From the NCBI RefSeq assembly GCF_004919095.1, contig NZ_STGJ01000017.1, positions 13,275 through 45,274 of the forward strand: a DNA stretch of 32,000 nt, written 5' to 3'. The notes below the pieces were generated by a model. That model searched no databases, was not told the origin of the DNA, and saw only the letters and a list, made by a program, of their open reading frames with translations. Positions 15,908-24,229 of the stretch are shown here, piece after piece. Position 1 is the first letter of the stretch, and every line of letters starts with the position of its first letter. The DNA comes from Crenobacter intestini. GTDB lineage: Bacteria > Pseudomonadota > Gammaproteobacteria > Burkholderiales > Chromobacteriaceae. The position numbers were made by a program, and so were the translations under genes.

Positions 15908-17473
15908 TCATCCCGTCTTGCGTGCAAAGCCGATGACGTTGGTCGAGTCGGCGCTCGGTTGCTCGCCTCGCTGGCACGCCTCAAGCGCACGCCCTAGCTC
16001 GTCCAGCGCCTTGCAACGATCATCCCAAGCTGAAAAACGGACATAGCGCCCCGTCACGCCATGCGGGTCAGCGTGGGCAAGGATGCGCTGAACAACGTCC
16101 CAATCGGCAGCCACCAGCCCCATCAGTAGCGTTGCCGCCGTGCGTCGCAGGTCATACAACGTCCACTTGCCGAACGGCATGTTGTACAGGTCGGTTTCCT
16201 TGCGGCAGCGCCGGCTTTCCATGCGCTTGGCAACCCTGGCGGCGAACTCCTCGTCGGTTGCAGATGCATCCTTGTAAAGCTGGCGCTTGGAAATGTCCGT
16301 CCCCACGTTGTCACGCCGAACATGCGCGTTCGCTTTGCGCGGCGCCTGGAATACGAACTCGCCGGTCTTGAACTCCAGCATCTGCGCCAGTTGCGCAGCG
16401 GCGTAGTCGGACAGGTGAACATGATGCGTCTTGCCGGCCTTCATGGTTCCAGCCGGAAAGATGATGACGCGGCGATCCAGCAGCACCCACTTCCAGCGCA
16501 AAGCCACAGCCTGACTGGCACGGATGCCGGTCGCCAGCATCAGACGGATGATCGCCTTGCCGGTCTCGGCCTGACTGCTCGCCGGCAGCTTCTTGTTCAG
16601 TAACTCGACCACCTCTTCCAGCTTCAGCGCGCGGCCTGCCTTGTCGTCCTCGGCATCCTCACCGATCACGCCATCACCATGCTTTGCCAGGTACTTGGCG
16701 GCGTCGAATGAATCAGGGGACTGGCGCTTGCCGGCAATCCGGTTGGCGCGCGGCACTCGCAAGTGCAGCAGCGGGTGCGACTCGTCCACCAGCGCACGGT
16801 CGGCGCCCCAGGCGACCACCTGTTTGACCAGCGCAAGCGCGACCTTGGCAGTTGCGTCCTTGCCGGCCTTCTTCAGCCGGTCATAGTGCTTGATAAGCGG
16901 CGCGCGGTCGGCTTGACTCACCTTCAGTCGGCCAACCAGCGGCGACACATGGCAGCGCCAGTGCGACTGCCTCACGGCTCGCCAGTGCGGCGCCAGCATC
17001 ACACCATGCGATGCGTCCCACTGCGCGAACAGCTCGTCCATCGTCAGTTCGGCAGCAGCGCGTTCTTCTGCCTCGCGCTCGGCCTTGGCTCTGGTCTCTT
17101 CAGCTTCGATGCGCGCCCTCTCCGCTTCCTCTTCGCGTTGGCGCTCGACAGCAGCAGCGGCCAGCACTTCGCGCGGGTCTCTTGGTTCGGTTCCGCTCCC
17201 GTCTTTGGGCGGGCGCAACCAAGCGCGGTACTGGTCGGCGGCGGCTCTGGCGATTTTGGTCGATTGCGCGCGCTCGGCTTTGGTCTCGCCAAACGGGCAG
17301 ATGATGATCGCCGCACGCCCACCATTCCAGGAATACCGGAACCTCCACTGCTTGTTCCGTGGCCTTAGGCGAAGCTCAAGACCATCCCCATCGCGCAGCA
17401 CTAGCTCTGCTTCACCGGCTGGCAGCTTTGCGTTCTCGATTTCCTTCGCGGTCAAAAGACGTGTAGCGGGCAT
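15908..17473 (-). CDS. int: Tyrosine recombinase/integrase with DUF4102-like N-terminus
   Basis: MPATRLLTAKEIENAKLPAGEAELVLRDGDGLELRLRPRNKQWRFRYSWNG...; LMLATGIRASQAVALRW, LYDLRRTAATLLMG, ILAHADPHGVTGRYVR. The ORF track start 17623 lies upstream of the repeat region; ATG at 17473 fits the protein family. Confidence 0.92.
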   Translation of the reverse strand: MPATRLLTAKEIENAKLPAGEAELVLRDGDGLELRLRPRNKQWRFRYSWNGGRAAIIICPFGETKAERAQSTKIARAAADQYRAWLRPPKDGSGTEPRDPREVLAAAAVERQREEEAERARIEAEETRAKAEREAEERAAAELTMDELFAQWDASHGVMLAPHWRAVRQSHWRCHVSPLVGRLKVSQADRAPLIKHYDRLKKAGKDATAKVALALVKQVVAWGADRALVDESHPLLHLRVPRANRIAGKRQSPDSFDAAKYLAKHGDGVIGEDAEDDKAGRALKLEEVVELLNKKLPASSQAETGKAIIRLMLATGIRASQAVALRWKWVLLDRRVIIFPAGTMKAGKTHHVHLSDYAAAQLAQMLEFKTGEFVFQAPRKANAHVRRDNVGTDISKRQLYKDASATDEEFAARVAKRMESRRCRKETDLYNMPFGKWTLYDLRRTAATLLMGLVAADWDVVQRILAHADPHGVTGRYVRFSAWDDRCKALDELGRALEACQRGEQPSADSTNVIGFARKTG

Positions 17474-17491
17474 GGCAGTCCTCGAACTAAA

Positions 17492-17530
17492 AAACTGGGG
17501 GCAAACTGGGGTACAGTTGGCGCGCGCTAC
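17492..17530 (+). repeat. Right copy of 39-bp subterminal direct repeat
   Basis: AAACTGGGGGCAAACTGGGGTACAGTTGGCGCGCGCTAC; 36/39 identical to 10838-10876. Confidence 0.85.
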
Positions 17531-17643
17531 CATGATACACGCTGATAGATGATGCGACACACGCTTGGAATGAAGCCTTGTAAAATAAGGCTTTGCGCGG
17601 ATTTGGGTTACGCGGACTTTCAACAGATGACATAAAACAGCCT

Positions 17644-17699
17644 GTTTCCGAAGCTGAAGGTCACAGGTTCGATCCCTGTCGGGTGCGCCAGATAAATCA
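17644..17699 (+). repeat. attR, 56-bp direct repeat containing a 47-nt tRNA-Arg 3' fragment (17644-17690)
   Basis: Exact copy of 10727-10782; the D-arm and 5' acceptor part of the tRNA are missing. Confidence 0.95.
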
Positions 17700-17730
17700 A
17701 GGGCTTGCGTTTATACGACGCGAGCCCTTG
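17698..17730 (+). terminator. Hairpin after attR; probably the original downstream hairpin of tRNA-Arg
   Basis: CAAGGGCTTGCGT / ACGCGAGCCCTTG, 13-bp stem with one G.T pair, loop TTATACG, followed by TCCGTTTCTG. Confidence 0.55.
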
Positions 17731-17924
17731 TCCGTTTCTGCTCCCTGCCGTCATGCCGGCGCCACGCCGGTGCACCCCCGCGCCAAAACGCCGATCCTGC
17801 CCGTCCTGATACTTCCTTATCCGTTTTTCCTGTCCTAGGCTAGTAAACGTGCGAAAAGCATGCCTGACGCTTTCTCTTCGCAGCCCCCGCCACGATCAGG
17901 TGGCCTGCCCGCAAAGGACGCCAA

Positions 17925-18545
17925 ATGCCCCGGAACATATGGATGCTGCTGCTTGCGGCGTGGGTGTCGCTGCTCTCCGGCTGCGGCTACAACACCCTGC
18001 AGTCCACCGACGAGCAGATCAATTCCAGCTGGTCCGAGGTGCTGAACCAGTATCAGCGCCGCGCCGACCTGGTCCCCAACCTGGTGCGGACCGTCCAGGG
18101 CTACGCCAAGCACGAGCAGGCGGTATTGCTTCAGGTGACCGAGGCGCGCGCCCGGGTGGGTAGCCTGCAGATCACGCCGGAACTTGCCAACGACCCGGAA
18201 GCGCTGGCGCGCTTCCAGGCGGAGCAGGCCAAACTGGGCGGCGCGCTGTCCCGCCTGCTGGCGGTCAGCGAGAACTACCCCCAACTCAAGGCCGACGCGG
18301 GCTTCCGCGACCTGCAGGCCCAGCTTGAAGGCACGGAAAACCGCATCGCGGTCGCCCGCAACCGCTACATCAAGGCGGTGCAGGACTACAACCTGACCGT
18401 GCGCAGCTTCCCGTCCAACCTGACCGCGATGGTGCTGGGCTACAAGGTCAAACCCAACTTCACCGTCGAGAACGAGAAGGCCATCAGCACGGCACCGCAG
18501 GTCGACTTCGGCGCGCCGCCCCCCGCCCCAGCAGCCGGAAACTGA
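17925..18545 (+). CDS. lemA: LemA family protein
   Basis: LLSGCGYNTLQSTDEQINSSWSEVLNQYQRRADLVPNLVRTVQGYAKHE...RNRYIKAVQDYNLTVRSFPSN. Confidence 0.95.
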   Translation: MPRNIWMLLLAAWVSLLSGCGYNTLQSTDEQINSSWSEVLNQYQRRADLVPNLVRTVQGYAKHEQAVLLQVTEARARVGSLQITPELANDPEALARFQAEQAKLGGALSRLLAVSENYPQLKADAGFRDLQAQLEGTENRIAVARNRYIKAVQDYNLTVRSFPSNLTAMVLGYKVKPNFTVENEKAISTAPQVDFGAPPPAPAAGN

Positions 18546-18546
18546 C

Positions 18547-19422
18547 ATGTCCGCCCTGCTGCCCCGCACCCTGGTCTGGCTTTGCTGCCTATGGCTCTCT
18601 TGCGCGGGCGCCGCCTTGGCCGAAGTGGCGGTCCCGCCGCTCAAGGCGCGGGTCACCGACCTGACCGGCACGCTCAGCGCCGAACAGCAGGCCGCGCTGG
18701 AAGCCAAACTGGCCGCCTTCGAAGCCGAAAAGGGCAGCCAGATCGCGCTCTTGATGGTGCCCGGCACGGAAGGCGAGCCGATCGAACAGTACGCGCTCAG
18801 GGTCGCCGAGCAATGGAAGCTGGGGCGCAAGGGGGTGGACGACGGCGCCTTGCTGGTGGTGGCCAAGGACGACCGCGCCTTGCGCATCGAAGTGGGCTAC
18901 GGGCTGGAAGGCGCGCTGAACGACGCGACCAGCAAGCGCATCATCAGCGAGGTGATCGTCCCCCGCTTCCGCCAGGGCGACTTTGCCGGCGGCGTTAACG
19001 CCGGCGTGGACAGCATGCTGCGGGTGGCCGGCGGCGAGCCGCTGCCGCCGCCTGCCAAGGCCGAGCCTTCCGCGCAGTCGCAACTGATGGAGCTGGCACC
19101 GCTGATCCTGCTGGTGGTGGTGTCGCTGGGCAGCCTCTTGCGCCTCGCCGTGGGCCGGCTACCGGCGGCCCTGCTGACCGGCGGCGGGGTATCGGTGGCG
19201 GTCTGGCTGCTGCTCGGCGCGGGCGGTGTGGCGCTGCTGTGCGGCGCGCTGGCCTTCCTGTTCACCCTGTTCGGCAGGCTGGGCGGACATGGCGGCTGGC
19301 GCAGCGGCGGCAGGGGCCGCGGCGGTGGTTTTGGTGGCGGTTTCGGTGGCGGTTTCGGGGGCGGCGGCTTTGGCGGAGGGGGCGGCGGCTTCGGGGGCGG
19401 CGGCGCCTCGGGGAGATGGTGA
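18547..19422 (+). CDS. TPM-domain (YgcG-like) protein with Gly-rich C-terminus
   Basis: VPPLKARVTDLTGTLSAEQQAALEAKLAAFEAEKGSQIALLMVPGTEGEPIEQYALRVAEQWKLGRKGVDDGALLVVAKDDR, C-terminal TM segments and a FGGG repeat tail. Confidence 0.93.
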   Translation: MSALLPRTLVWLCCLWLSCAGAALAEVAVPPLKARVTDLTGTLSAEQQAALEAKLAAFEAEKGSQIALLMVPGTEGEPIEQYALRVAEQWKLGRKGVDDGALLVVAKDDRALRIEVGYGLEGALNDATSKRIISEVIVPRFRQGDFAGGVNAGVDSMLRVAGGEPLPPPAKAEPSAQSQLMELAPLILLVVVSLGSLLRLAVGRLPAALLTGGGVSVAVWLLLGAGGVALLCGALAFLFTLFGRLGGHGGWRSGGRGRGGGFGGGFGGGFGGGGFGGGGGGFGGGGASGRW

Positions 19423-19925
19423 TGAACAGCCTGCCACGCATTCTCCGCCACCTGGGCATGAGCGGCCGCCAGCTTGGGCGGCGCTTTCCGCCGACCACGC
19501 TCGCCGCCATCGAACAGGCGATCCGCGACAGCGAACGGCTGCACGGCGGGCAGATCTGCTTCGCGCTGGAGGGCGCCCTGTCCGCCAGCGCGCTGTTTGC
19601 CGGCGAGCCTGCGCGCGAGCGCGCGCTCGAGGTGTTTTCTCTGCTGCGCGTGTGGGACACCGAACACAACAACGGCGTGCTGATCTACCTGCTGCTGGCC
19701 GACCGCGACGTCGAGATCGTCGCCGACCGCGGCATCCATGCGCGGGTCGACCCGCAGGAATGGGAAGCGGCCTGCCGCGAGATGGAGGCCGCGTTCCGCG
19801 ACGGGCGCTTCGAAGCGGGCGCCATCGGCGGCATCCAGGCAGTGGCCCGGCTGCTGGCCAGGCACTTCCCCGCCCCGGCTGCGCCTTCCCGCAACGAGTT
19901 GCCCGACCGGCCGGTGGTGCTGTGA
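19422..19925 (+). CDS. Second TPM-domain protein (167 aa)
   Basis: MNSLPRILRHLGMS...FSLLRVWDTEHNNGVLIYLLLADRDVEIVADRGIHARV; ATG overlaps the upstream TGA (TGATG). Confidence 0.88.
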   Translation: MNSLPRILRHLGMSGRQLGRRFPPTTLAAIEQAIRDSERLHGGQICFALEGALSASALFAGEPARERALEVFSLLRVWDTEHNNGVLIYLLLADRDVEIVADRGIHARVDPQEWEAACREMEAAFRDGRFEAGAIGGIQAVARLLARHFPAPAAPSRNELPDRPVVL

Positions 19926-20078
19926 GCCCGGCCGGAGTGTCCGTAAAGAGGCGCGTGCTTGTCCTGCAGGAAGAAGGCCCGGTCCGGCCAATCAGGACGT
20001 CACCCCGGCAGCGATGCGCGGGCCGCCACACCGCCGCGCACGATGCCCTGCCCGGTCAGGCTCGGGAGGCAACCGTCA

Positions 20079-21080
20079 TCACTTGCCGGTGGTGATGCGG
20101 TCGAACACGCCACCATCGTCGAAGTGCTTGGTTTGCAACGCCGTCCAGCCGCCCAACTGGTCGATGCTGACCAGCTTGACCTTGGGGAAGGCTGCGGCCG
20201 TTTCGCGCGCTACCGCCGGATTGGTCGGCCGGTAGTAGTGCTTGGCAGCGGCACGTTGTGCGTCCGGGGTGTACAGGTAGTTCAGGTAGGCTTCCGCCTG
20301 CTTGCGGGTACCGCGCTTGTCGACGACCTTGTCGACGACGGCCACCGGCGGCTCGGCCTTGATCGACAGGGGCGGCACCACGATGTCGACCTTGTCCGGC
20401 CCGAGTTCCTGCTTGGCCAGAAGCGCCTCGTTCTCCCACGCCAGCAACACGTCGCCGATGCCGCGCTGCACGAAGGTCATGGTCGAACCACGCGCGCCGG
20501 TGTCCAGCACCGGCACGTTGGCGTACAGCTTTTTCAGGTAATCCTGCGCCGATGCCTCGGTGGCGCCGGGTTGCTTGAGCGCCCACGCGTAGGCGGCGAG
20601 GTAGTTCCAGCGTGCACCACCGGAGGTTTTCGGGTTCGGGGTGATCACCTGCACGCCGGGTTTAACCAGGTCGCTCCAGTTCTTGATCTGCTTCGGGTTG
20701 TCCTTGCGGACGAGGAACACGATGGTCGAAGTGAACGGTGTACTGTTCTGCGGCAGCCGCTTTTGCCAGTTGGCGGGCAGCAGTTTGGCATGGGTGGCGA
20801 TGGCGTCGATGTCGGAAGCCAGGGCCAACGTCACCACGTCGGCTTCCAGGCCGTCGATCACCGAACGCGACTGTTTGCCCGAACCGCCGTGCGACTGCTT
20901 GATGGTCAGCGCCTCGCCGGTCTTCTTCTGCCACTGTGCGGCAAAGCCCTGGTTGATGTCCTTGTACAACTCGCGGGTCGGGTCGTACGACACGTTGAGC
21001 AAGGTTGCCTCGGCGGCAGCAGTGCCCACCAGCGACAGCGCCAGCAAGGACGCGAGCAGTTTTTGCGTGAACGGCTTCAT
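20079..21080 (-). CDS. sbp: Sulfate/thiosulfate-binding periplasmic protein
   Basis: Signal peptide, [69 protein letters not shown]. Confidence 0.95.
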   Translation of the reverse strand: MKPFTQKLLASLLALSLVGTAAAEATLLNVSYDPTRELYKDINQGFAAQWQKKTGEALTIKQSHGGSGKQSRSVIDGLEADVVTLALASDIDAIATHAKLLPANWQKRLPQNSTPFTSTIVFLVRKDNPKQIKNWSDLVKPGVQVITPNPKTSGGARWNYLAAYAWALKQPGATEASAQDYLKKLYANVPVLDTGARGSTMTFVQRGIGDVLLAWENEALLAKQELGPDKVDIVVPPLSIKAEPPVAVVDKVVDKRGTRKQAEAYLNYLYTPDAQRAAAKHYYRPTNPAVARETAAAFPKVKLVSIDQLGGWTALQTKHFDDGGVFDRITTGK

Positions 21081-21260
21081 GGATCACTCCCTGTATATGT
21101 CTTTTGGAAGCTCCATTCTGAACGAACCGTATATATTGAAAAATAATATAAAATGATTTTGTAATTCCAGATGGGAATTTAAACGTTCTGCCACGCCGCC
21201 CTGCCTGCAAGCGGGTACGGCCAACCGGCCCCGCCGCCGTCGCCCGCCAGACGCCCCCGC

Positions 21261-22328
21261 TCACGCCGGCGCGCCGCGCCCGGCAAACCAGCGCCGGCCC
21301 ATCCACAGGGCCGCATTCACCAACAGGATCAGCACCGGCACCTCGACCAGCGGGCCGATCACCGCGGCAAACGCAACCGGGCTGGCCAGCCCGAAGGCGG
21401 CGATCGCCACCGCGATGGCCAGTTCGAAGTTGTTGCTGGCGGCGGTGAAGCTCATCGCCGTGGTCTTGGCGTAGTCCTCGCCGGCCAGGCGCCCCATCAG
21501 GAAGCTGACGAAGAACATCACCACAAAATAAATCGTCAGCGGCAAGGCGATGCGCAGCGCGTCGAGCGGCAGGCGCACCACGTCGGCGCCCTTCAGGCTG
21601 AACATGGCGACGATGGTCATGAGCAGTGCGACCAGCGTCAGCGGGCCGATCTTCGGCAGGAAGCGCGTCTCGTACCAGGTGCTGCCGCGGCGCGCGACCA
21701 GCCACTTGCGGGTCAGGAAACCGGCGGCGAACGGGATGCCCAGATACACCAGCACCGCCTCGGCAATGGTGGTGAAGCCGACGTCGATCACCTGTCCCTG
21801 CAGGCCGAACAGCGGCGGCAGCACCGAGAGATAAACCCAGGCGAACACGCTGAAGAACAGGATCTGGAAGATCGAGTTGAACGCGATGAGGCCTGCGACG
21901 TACTGGTTGTCGCCGCGCGCAAGCTGGTTCCACACGATCACCATCGCGATGCAGCGCGCAAGCCCGATCAGGATCACCCCGGTCATGTACTCGGGCGAGT
22001 CCCCCAGAAAAATCACCGCCAGCGCGAACATCAGCGCCGGGCCAACCACCCAGTTTTGCAGCAGGGACAGCGCCAGCATGCGCTTGTCGGCGAATACGCG
22101 CGGCAGGTCCTCGTAATGCACGCGGGCGAGCGGCGGATACATCATCACGATCAGGCCGATGGCGATCGGCAGGTTGGTCGAACCGACCGACAGGCTGTTC
22201 AACCACCCGGGAAAGCCGGGGATGACAGTGCCCAGCACGATCCCCAGCGCCATCGCGCCGAAGATCCAAAGGGTCAGGTAACGGTCGAGGAAGGACAGGC
22301 GTCCGGCTTGCATGCAAGGCTCCTTCAA
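21261..22328 (-). CDS. ACR3 family arsenite efflux transporter
   Basis: [22 protein letters not shown]...[20 protein letters not shown]...[21 protein letters not shown]...[17 protein letters not shown]. Confidence 0.95.
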   Translation of the reverse strand: MKEPCMQAGRLSFLDRYLTLWIFGAMALGIVLGTVIPGFPGWLNSLSVGSTNLPIAIGLIVMMYPPLARVHYEDLPRVFADKRMLALSLLQNWVVGPALMFALAVIFLGDSPEYMTGVILIGLARCIAMVIVWNQLARGDNQYVAGLIAFNSIFQILFFSVFAWVYLSVLPPLFGLQGQVIDVGFTTIAEAVLVYLGIPFAAGFLTRKWLVARRGSTWYETRFLPKIGPLTLVALLMTIVAMFSLKGADVVRLPLDALRIALPLTIYFVVMFFVSFLMGRLAGEDYAKTTAMSFTAASNNFELAIAVAIAAFGLASPVAFAAVIGPLVEVPVLILLVNAALWMGRRWFAGRGAPA

Positions 22329-22337
22329 GATTGGGGC

Positions 22338-22811
22338 TCAGCCTACTTCGCGGCCGATGCGGTCGAGCTCGGCCTTGAGCGCGGCTTTATCCAGCGTTTC
22401 GAGCGGCAGCGCGAGCATTGCCTCGATGCGCGCGCGCAAGGTGCGGTACGCCGCCATGAAGGCCGCGTTGATTTGTTCGTCGGTGCCGGTCGCGTGCGCC
22501 GGGTCGTCCACGCCCCAGTGCGTGCGCAGCACCGGCCCCAAGTAAGCCGGGCAGGTCTCGCCGGCGGCGGACGCGCACACGGTGATCACGATGTCCGGCA
22601 CCGCCGGCAGCGCGTCCCAGCTTTTGCTGGAAACACCGTCCGTCTGCATTCCTTCACGCGCCAGCAGGACGAGCGAGCGCGGGTGGACGTAACCGGCAGG
22701 CTGGCTGCCGGCACTCATCGCCCGCCAGCCTTCAGGCGCCAGATGGTTGAAGGTGACTTCGCCGAGAATGGAGCGGCACGAGTTGCCGGTGCACAGAAAC
22801 AGCACGTTCAT
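22338..22811 (-). CDS. arsC: Arsenate reductase, low-molecular-weight phosphatase type
   Basis: MNVLFLCTGNSCRSILGEVTFNHLAPEGWRAMSAGSQPAG; start at 22811, ATGA overlap with arsR. Confidence 0.92.
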   Translation of the reverse strand: MNVLFLCTGNSCRSILGEVTFNHLAPEGWRAMSAGSQPAGYVHPRSLVLLAREGMQTDGVSSKSWDALPAVPDIVITVCASAAGETCPAYLGPVLRTHWGVDDPAHATGTDEQINAAFMAAYRTLRARIEAMLALPLETLDKAALKAELDRIGREVG

Positions 22812-23182
22812 GGTTTGAGTTCCGTCGGAGGTGAAACAGGGGGCTGCAGCACGGCCGGACACGCTGGCGCCGCGCACGCGTCCAGACATTGCCCGGGCTC
22901 GCCGCTGCAGCACTCGGCGGTCAGGTAGGCAACCAGGTCCAGCATCAACGCGAGGTTGGCGCGGTAGCGCTGGAAGCGCCCCTCCTGCGTCACTGACACC
23001 AGGCCCGCGTGGGTCAGCGCCTTCAGGTGGAAGGACAGCTTGTTTGGCGCGATAGCAAGCGCGCTGGCGATCTCGCCGGCGACAAGGCCCGCGTGGCCGT
23101 GTTTGACCAAGAGGCGGAAGGCGTCGAGCCGGATGCCGGAGGCGAGCGACTCGAACAGTTGGGCGGCGGTCTGGTTTTCCAT
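22808..23182 (-). CDS. arsR: ArsR family transcriptional regulator
   Basis: LFESLASGIRLDAFRLLVKHGHAGLVAGEIASALAIAPNKLSFHLKALTHAGLVSVTQEGRFQRYRAN. Confidence 0.93.
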   Translation of the reverse strand: MENQTAAQLFESLASGIRLDAFRLLVKHGHAGLVAGEIASALAIAPNKLSFHLKALTHAGLVSVTQEGRFQRYRANLALMLDLVAYLTAECCSGEPGQCLDACAAPACPAVLQPPVSPPTELKP

Positions 23183-23183
23183 G

Positions 23184-23217
23184 CTTCAATATTACGACGA
23201 TTATTGAAGTGTCTACC
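23184..23217 (-). promoter_or_regulatory. Candidate arsR operator/promoter
   Basis: Inverted repeat CTTCAATA-10 nt-TATTGAAG (23184-23209), -10-like TAATAT (23189-23194) and TAGACA (23210-23215) on the minus strand. Confidence 0.5.
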
Positions 23218-23305
23218 AGCCAGATTTGGCAATCTTAAATATTTAAAAAAACACATTGGCGTATTTGCTAAAAATAAGACGTGACCGGACAGGAGTCTCC
23301 CCCCG

Positions 23306-24169
23306 ATGAGCCCCCTCATTCCCGCGCTACAACGCACCGACGCCCGTCTGCGCAAGGCAGCCTTCCTGCTTTCGTCCCGCTGGGAGGTACGCCGACGCGG
23401 CACGCCGGACGCGTGGCGCATCCTGTTCTCGCCCAAGCCGGGTTGGAAGGATGCGCTCAGGAAGGGTTTTGCCGGCAGTCCGCACACGCTCAGCTTCGCG
23501 CCGCTGGAGGGTCAGGCGCTCGCGGACGCGGACCTGGTCGTCCCGCTGGACATCGAACCGCTGCTCGGGCTCAGGCGGCAGTCGCAAGCGCTATGGGCAG
23601 ACAACCCGCTGCCGCTGCCCAGCGCCGAAAGCGTCTTGCTGTGCGACGACAAGCAGCACTTCTACCGCCACCTGGAGCAGGCGGGGTTTACCCACGCAAT
23701 GCCGCGCATCGCCGAGGCAGGCGTGCTTGCGCTGCCCTTCATCGTCAAGCGGCGGCACGACGTGATGGGCCAGCACTGCCACGTGGTGCGCGATGAAGCG
23801 GACTTGCGCCGCTACGCCCCGCTCTTCGCCGACCCGGATTACTTCTGCCAGGCGCTGGTGCGCGGGGAAGAGGAGTTCGCGACCCACCTGCTGTTTCGCG
23901 GCGGCCGCGTCGAGCACGCGCTGAACATCCGCTATCGCTTCGCCGACGACACCCCGGTCAAGGGCAAGACGCCCGCCAGTTGGGCGCCGGTCGCCGCGCG
24001 CCACCTCGCGCTGTTCGGCGACATGCTCTCCGCGCTCGGCTTCGAGGGCCTGTGCTGCGTGAATTACAAGGAAGAAGGCGGCGCGCCCAAAGTGTTCGAG
24101 ATCAATCCGCACTTTGGCGGCAGCCTCTGTCCCTACTTCTTCACCTTTGTCCGCCACCTGCAAGGCTGA
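23306..24169 (+). CDS. ATP-grasp domain protein of unknown substrate
   Basis: LCDDKQHFYRHLEQAGF...PFIVKRRHDVMGQHC...YFCQALVRGEEEFATHLLF...VFEINPHFGGSLCPYF. Confidence 0.75.
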   Translation: MSPLIPALQRTDARLRKAAFLLSSRWEVRRRGTPDAWRILFSPKPGWKDALRKGFAGSPHTLSFAPLEGQALADADLVVPLDIEPLLGLRRQSQALWADNPLPLPSAESVLLCDDKQHFYRHLEQAGFTHAMPRIAEAGVLALPFIVKRRHDVMGQHCHVVRDEADLRRYAPLFADPDYFCQALVRGEEEFATHLLFRGGRVEHALNIRYRFADDTPVKGKTPASWAPVAARHLALFGDMLSALGFEGLCCVNYKEEGGAPKVFEINPHFGGSLCPYFFTFVRHLQG

Positions 24170-24185
24170 GCAAGCACAAAGAAAA

Positions 24186-24210
24186 CAGGGCAGGCCAACG
24201 GCCTGCCCTG
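24186..24210. terminator. Terminator between convergent ATP-grasp and MCP genes
   Basis: CAGGGCAGGCC AAC GGCCTGCCCTG, perfect 11-bp stem; TTTTC follows on the minus strand. Confidence 0.8.
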
Positions 24211-24229
24211 TGTGCGGCTGAACCGGGGC

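Larger units (their letters stand above)
10727..17699. mobile_element. Integrated tRNA-Arg element (int / alpA / split primase-helicase type), about 6.9 kb
   Basis: Perfect 56-bp direct repeats at both ends, tyrosine integrase adjacent to the right end, AlpA-like regulator and primase/RepA-like helicase genes. Confidence 0.93.

Noticed and set aside
15513-16046. ORFs at 15513-15800 (-), 15538-15876 (+) and 15540-16046 (+) in the int-alpA intergenic region
   Set aside because: Mutually overlapping, low-quality composition, no family resemblance; the plus-strand ORFs start before and read straight through the 15604-15630 terminator.
17473-17623. N-terminal 50-aa extension of the integrase given by the ORF track
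   Set aside because: The extension is translated from the arm-type repeat and upstream region; protein family alignment from memory starts at MPATRLLTAKEIENAKL.
18897-19991. 364-aa minus-strand ORF with PPPPKPPPPPPKPP repeats
   Set aside because: It is the antisense of the Gly-rich tail of the TPM protein; the repeats are a mirror of GGFGGG codons in high-GC DNA.
20662-22317. 551-aa minus-strand ORF spanning ACR3 and sbp
   Set aside because: Arg/Ala-rich alternate frame of two clear genes; crosses the promoter region.
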